Source of the DNA: an uncultured Eubacteriales bacterium
Lineage (GTDB): Bacteria; Bacillota; Clostridia; Oscillospirales; CAG-272
Direction: 5' to 3'
Length of the DNA stretch: 64,000 bases
NCBI GenBank assembly: GCA_900546635.1
Contig: URDS01000005.1
Coordinates: 73 to 64,072 of the forward strand
The position numbers and the translations under genes were made by a program. How positions within the stretch are numbered: position 1 is the first letter of the stretch; every line of letters begins with the position of its first letter. Of this stretch, positions 59,779-64,000 are shown one piece after another. Below the pieces are notes generated by a model. It had not been told where the DNA came from and ran no database searches. It saw only the letters and a program-made list of their open reading frames with translations.

Positions 59779-59810
59779 AATGTGAATGATTCGTGAAGGA
59801 GACGTGAAAG

Positions 59811-60302
59811 ATGCCGTATAATTCAAGAGGCGAACCCATCGTGCGCAGTACGATACATAAATTAACGACCACTGTCAGGCTGCATCATCATACTTTTGAC
59901 AACATACGCAAAACAACGGGGCTTGGCAGAGCGGCGCACCGTATGCTCTTGCTGATTGCGGAAAAAGAAGCGCCCTGCTCTCAGACAGAAATTGCGGAAA
60001 TACTCGAAATCAGCACTGCCGCTGTCGCCGTTATGCTCAAAAAGCTGGAAACGGACGGATATGTGTGCCGTGAGGTAAACCCCGCGGATACGCGCTTCAA
60101 CAGCATTTTGCTGACTGCAAAAGGCACGGATATTGTGGAAAAATCCCATGAGGCGTTCGACGCGGCCGACAACGCAATGATGAAAAACTTCTCTCAGGCG
60201 GAACTGCTAACGCTCAACGCCTATCTTGACCGAATGCAGGAAAATATCCGCGCCGCATGCGAAACGGCCAAAGACAAACACGGAAAGGGTGATTGCATTT
60301 GA
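59811..60302 (+). CDS. MarR-family transcriptional regulator
   Basis: Winged-helix region LLLIAEKEAPCSQTEIAEILEISTAAVAVMLKKLETDGYV. Confidence 0.85.
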   Translation: MPYNSRGEPIVRSTIHKLTTTVRLHHHTFDNIRKTTGLGRAAHRMLLLIAEKEAPCSQTEIAEILEISTAAVAVMLKKLETDGYVCREVNPADTRFNSILLTAKGTDIVEKSHEAFDAADNAMMKNFSQAELLTLNAYLDRMQENIRAACETAKDKHGKGDCI

Positions 60303-62059
60303 AAAAATGGCTGAAGTATGTAAAGCCATACACAAAATACTTTATTCTGGGTCCGCTGTGCATGATCGTGGAGGTTGTCGGTGAGGTTGCAATGCCGAAG
60401 CTCTACTCCATGATCGTCGGTCATGCAGAAAAACATCTGAGCGCGCAGGCAGACGGTTCCGTCTTGTACGTAACCGGCATTGCGCTGTTGATGGTGCTCA
60501 CCGCGCTGCTGATGATGGCCGGCGGAATCGGCGGCGCGTATTTCGGCGCAAAAGCCGCCGTCAATTTTGCAAGCGACCTGCGTCTTGACGTATACAAGCG
60601 GGTTCAGGACTTTTCTTTTGCCAACATAGACAAATTCCAAACCGGCTCCCTGATTACCCGTCTGACCAACGACGTGACACAGCTTCAAAACTTTGTCAAT
60701 ATGCTGCTGCGAATGTTTCTGCGCGCCCCCGGTATGCTGATCGGCGCGCTGATTATGTGCATCTCGCTCAGCCCGAAGCTTGCGCTGGTTCTGGCGGCGG
60801 CCATTCCGGTGCTTGCCGTTCTGCTTTTCTTTATTGTCAAAGTCGGTTTTCCGCGCTTCGGCGTTATGCAGACAAAAATTGACGCGCTGAACAATACAGT
60901 CGGCGAAAATCTGACCAATATGCGCGTGGTAAAATCCTTTGTCCGCGAAGATTTTGAAAATGAGAAATTCCACAAAGCCAACAACAATCTGAAAGAAGCC
61001 GGTCTTCGCGCCATGAACGTGATGATCTTCACCCAGCCGATCATGATGCTGGTCATGAACCTGACCTCCCTTGCCGTGATCTACTTCGGCGGCAATATGG
61101 TCATCGGTGGGAGCCTTGCCATTCAGGATTTTTCCGCGCTGCTCACCTACATCATGCAGATTCTGATGTCTCTGATGATGATTACCATGCTCTTTATGAT
61201 TAGTTCGCGCGCGCTGGCGTCCTCGCGGAGAATTACCGAGGTGCTTGAGGAAAAAATCGATCTCAACGACACCAACGCCGCGCACAAAGATAAAAAGGTT
61301 GAAAAGGGCGAGGTCGAATTTAAAAATGTCGGCTTTCGCTATTATAAAAACAGCCCGGACGAAGTCCTGAGCAAGATCAGCTTTACAATTCATGCCGGTG
61401 AGACGCTCGGTATTATCGGCGGCACCGGCAGCGGAAAGACTACGCTTGTGTCCCTGATCCCCCGCCTGTACGACACAGACGAAGGCGAGATTCTGATCGA
61501 CGGCGTCAATGTAAAAGACTATGACATGCATACGCTGCGGGACGGTATCGGCATGGTGCTTCAAAAGAATCTGCTTTTTGCCGGAACCGTTGAAGAAAAT
61601 CTCCGCTGGGGAGATGAAAACGCTTCCGAAGCCGAACTCCGGGAAGCGGCGCAGTCCTCGCAGGCAGACGGGTTCGTTCAAAGCTTTAGCGGCGGCTACG
61701 CGCATGAAATCGAGCGCGGCGGCGCCAATGTCTCCGGCGGACAAAAGCAGCGTCTGTGCATTGCGCGCGCACTGTTGAAAAAGCCGAAAATCCTGATATT
61801 GGACGATTCGACCAGCGCTGTGGACACGGCTACCGAAGCCAAAATCCGAGAGGCGTTTAAAACCAGTCTGAAAGACTCCACAAAAATTATCATTGCACAG
61901 CGTATTTCCTCGGTTCAGGACGCGGATAGAATCCTTGTGCTGGAGGACGGGCGCATTGCCGGCCTCGGTCGTCACGACGAACTTCTGCAAAGCTGCGAGG
62001 AATACCGTGAAATTTACACACTGCAGATCGAAAGCAAGGGGGTAGAGGAAAATGGCTAA
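60293..62059 (+). CDS. ABC exporter, fused permease/ATPase (heterodimer subunit 1)
   Basis: Six-TM domain, Walker A GGTGSGKTT, VSGGQKQR, and Walker B ILILDDSTS. TTG start; exact position uncertain. Confidence 0.9.
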   Translation: MHLKKWLKYVKPYTKYFILGPLCMIVEVVGEVAMPKLYSMIVGHAEKHLSAQADGSVLYVTGIALLMVLTALLMMAGGIGGAYFGAKAAVNFASDLRLDVYKRVQDFSFANIDKFQTGSLITRLTNDVTQLQNFVNMLLRMFLRAPGMLIGALIMCISLSPKLALVLAAAIPVLAVLLFFIVKVGFPRFGVMQTKIDALNNTVGENLTNMRVVKSFVREDFENEKFHKANNNLKEAGLRAMNVMIFTQPIMMLVMNLTSLAVIYFGGNMVIGGSLAIQDFSALLTYIMQILMSLMMITMLFMISSRALASSRRITEVLEEKIDLNDTNAAHKDKKVEKGEVEFKNVGFRYYKNSPDEVLSKISFTIHAGETLGIIGGTGSGKTTLVSLIPRLYDTDEGEILIDGVNVKDYDMHTLRDGIGMVLQKNLLFAGTVEENLRWGDENASEAELREAAQSSQADGFVQSFSGGYAHEIERGGANVSGGQKQRLCIARALLKKPKILILDDSTSAVDTATEAKIREAFKTSLKDSTKIIIAQRISSVQDADRILVLEDGRIAGLGRHDELLQSCEEYREIYTLQIESKGVEENG

Positions 62060-63950
62060 ACGAACCCTGGAAAATCTGCAAAAGCAGTATAATTCCTATA
62101 CGGCGGCTGTGAAAAGCGGCCCCATGCGCGGTCCGGGGCCGGGTGGTCCGGGGCCGGGCGGTCCCGGAGCCCATGGCCGAATCTCCGCATCCAAGCCCAA
62201 GGGCGACACCAAAAAGGTGATCCGGCGGCTGCTTTCCTACATCGGTTCCTACAAATATATCCTGCTCATTGCGTTTGTTTTTCTGATCGTCTCCACACTT
62301 GCGGGCACGGCGGCATCCTATCTGCTCCGCCCCATTGTCAATACGCTGGTTGACGGCAGCATGACCGTATCAGACCGGGCAGCGTATATTCTCAAAACGG
62401 TCTTTCTGCTGCTCGGTATTTACCTTGTACAAGTGCTGTTCCAATATCTGCAAGCAAAGCTGATGCTGCGGGTTTCCCAAAACGCAATGGAAAAGCTGCG
62501 CAACGACCTGTTTGCCAAGATTCAAAAACTGCCCGTCAGATTTTTTGACAATGAAAGCCACGGTGAAATCATGAGCCGCTTTACAAACGACGTCGATAAT
62601 GTGGCCACCATGTTTGACAGCACGCTGACCAGCCTGATTTCCGGCGCCATTACGCTTCTCAGCACTTTTGCGATCATGTGCTACACCAACATCTGGCTCA
62701 CGCTGATTACCGTAGCCTTTATCCCGGTGTTTATTTTCGGCGGCGGCGCGATCGCCAAGCGCTCCCGTAAATATTATTCCGCACAGCAGGCTGCGCTCGG
62801 CGCGGTAAACGGTTATATTGAAGAAAGCGTTTCCGGACAAAAAGTCATCAAAGTCTTTAACCATGAGCAAACCTGCACCGAGGAATTTGCACTGCTCAAC
62901 GACGATCTGCGGGAAAAGCAGATTTCCGCGCAGTTCTACGGCGGTATCATGGGGCCGATCATGGGCAACGCCGGGCAAATCAGCTATGCGCTGACAGCGG
63001 GAATCGGCGGTATCCTCTGCCTGACGCGCGGCTTTGACATCGGCGGCCTCACGATTTTTGTCAACTATGCCCGCCAATTTGCCCGCCCAATCAACGAAAT
63101 TTCCATGCAGATGAGTACGGTCTTCTCCGCGCTGGCCGGCGCTGAGCGTGTGTTCAACATATTGGACCGCGCTGAGGAAGAACCGGATGTACCCGACGCA
63201 AACGATGTGCCGAATATGCGGGGATATGTCAAACTAAACGACGTTACTTTCGGTTATGTACCGGATAAAACCATTCTGAAACACATCTCGCTCTACGCAA
63301 AACCGGGGCAGAAGATCGCCTTTGTCGGCTCGACCGGCGCGGGAAAAACGACCATCACCAATCTGCTGAATCGGTTTTACGATATTGAAGCCGGTGAAAT
63401 CACAATCGACGATGTCAATATCCGAAACATCAAACGCGACATACTTCGTAAAAATATCGCGATGGTCTTGCAGGATACGCATCTGTTTACCGGAACGGTC
63501 ATGGAAAATATTCGCTACGGACGGCTGGATGCAACCGACGAGGAAGTTATTCAAGCCGCCAAAACGGCAAGCGCACATAGCTTTATCATGCGTCTGGAAA
63601 ACGGGTACGACACCATGATTACCGGCGACGGCGCAAACCTCTCCCAGGGACAGCGGCAGCTTTTGAATATTGCGCGCGCCGCCATTTCCAAAGCGCCGAT
63701 TTTGGTGCTGGACGAGGCGACAAGCTCCGTAGACACGCGAACCGAGCGGCATATCGAACGCGGCATGGATCGCCTGATGCAGAACCGTACGACCTTTGTC
63801 ATCGCGCACCGGCTCTCAACCGTGCGGAACGCAAGCGCCATCATGGTGCTGGAAAACGGCGAGATCATCGAGCGGGGCACGCATGACGATCTTCTGGCGC
63901 TGCGGGGACGCTATTACGAACTGTATACCGGCAAAAAAGAATTGGACTGA
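62052..63950 (+). CDS. ABC exporter, fused permease/ATPase (heterodimer subunit 2) with a Gly/Pro-rich N-terminal tail
   Basis: Walker A GSTGAGKTT, LSQGQRQL, and Walker B ILVLDEATS. It overlaps subunit 1 by 8 nt. Confidence 0.9.
   Translation: MAKRTLENLQKQYNSYTAAVKSGPMRGPGPGGPGPGGPGAHGRISASKPKGDTKKVIRRLLSYIGSYKYILLIAFVFLIVSTLAGTAASYLLRPIVNTLVDGSMTVSDRAAYILKTVFLLLGIYLVQVLFQYLQAKLMLRVSQNAMEKLRNDLFAKIQKLPVRFFDNESHGEIMSRFTNDVDNVATMFDSTLTSLISGAITLLSTFAIMCYTNIWLTLITVAFIPVFIFGGGAIAKRSRKYYSAQQAALGAVNGYIEESVSGQKVIKVFNHEQTCTEEFALLNDDLREKQISAQFYGGIMGPIMGNAGQISYALTAGIGGILCLTRGFDIGGLTIFVNYARQFARPINEISMQMSTVFSALAGAERVFNILDRAEEEPDVPDANDVPNMRGYVKLNDVTFGYVPDKTILKHISLYAKPGQKIAFVGSTGAGKTTITNLLNRFYDIEAGEITIDDVNIRNIKRDILRKNIAMVLQDTHLFTGTVMENIRYGRLDATDEEVIQAAKTASAHSFIMRLENGYDTMITGDGANLSQGQRQLLNIARAAISKAPILVLDEATSSVDTRTERHIERGMDRLMQNRTTFVIAHRLSTVRNASAIMVLENGEIIERGTHDDLLALRGRYYELYTGKKELD
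62130..62168 (+). repeat. 15-bp in-frame tandem repeat (about 2.6 copies) encoding (GPGPG)n
   Basis: ggtccggggccgggt / ggtccggggccgggc / ggtcccgga. Confidence 0.8.
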
Positions 63951-63961
63951 GCTTCATATTC

Positions 63962-63988
63962 AGGCGGACAGCAAAAACTGTCCGCCTC
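63962..63988 (+). terminator. Terminator hairpin of the ABC operon, also the insertion site of repeat copy C
   Basis: Stem GGCGGACAG-caaaaa-CTGTCCGCC, immediately followed by the repeat terminus tgaccgtcgaaa instead of a T-tract. Confidence 0.6.
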
Positions 63989-64000
63989 TGACCGTCGAAA
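63989..64000 (+). mobile_element. MITE-like structured repeat, copy C (only the first 12 nt are inside the window)
   Basis: tgaccgtcgaaa is identical to the first 12 nt of copy A (5899-5910) and sits in the same position relative to a terminator hairpin. Confidence 0.5.

Noticed and set aside
60221-61990. A 589-aa ORF antisense to the first ABC exporter gene.
   Set aside because: The product has no motifs, while the sense-strand ABC protein has complete Walker/signature motifs.

Overview
This window is a chromosomal segment from a spore-forming, fairly GC-rich Clostridia genome. The order assignment rests on spo0A, ylmC, ytfI/ytfJ and a dockerin-bearing glycosidase; I cannot name a species. 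Most of it is tightly packed core housekeeping. On the minus strand: rpsB-tsf, rpsU, yhbY-nadD-yqeK-LCP-rsfS-leuS, rdgB, plsX-rnc-rSAM-smc-ftsY, topA-trmFO, dprA, a TrmH-type methylase, infC-rpmI-rplT, glyQS and tRNA-His/tRNA-Arg. On the plus strand: lon-engB-S2P-scpA-scpB-ytfI-ytfJ-dac-rluB and spo0A.

Accessory content:
- a GH2 / PHP / secreted GH43-dockerin cluster
- a ClC channel next to a Vat-type streptogramin acetyltransferase
- potABCD
- a VanY-like M15 peptidase
- a visibly AT-rich block carrying a Cache / degenerate-GGDEF / EAL gene beside the tRNAs
- a MarR plus heterodimeric ABC exporter operon

I saw no rRNA, CRISPR array, transposase, integrase or phage genes.

The most unusual signal is a 164-165 bp highly structured, non-coding repeat present three times (5899-6062, 9649-9813 inverted, and 63989 onward, cut by the window end). 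Each complete copy is flanked by a locus-specific 26-bp direct duplication that is exactly a Rho-independent terminator hairpin, and the truncated third copy starts right after such a hairpin. That pattern fits a hairpin-targeting MITE-like element with an unusually long target duplication.

All functional calls come from motif and memory-based recognition of the ORF-track proteins; no database search was possible. Hand-counted coordinates of non-CDS features may be off by 1-2 nt.
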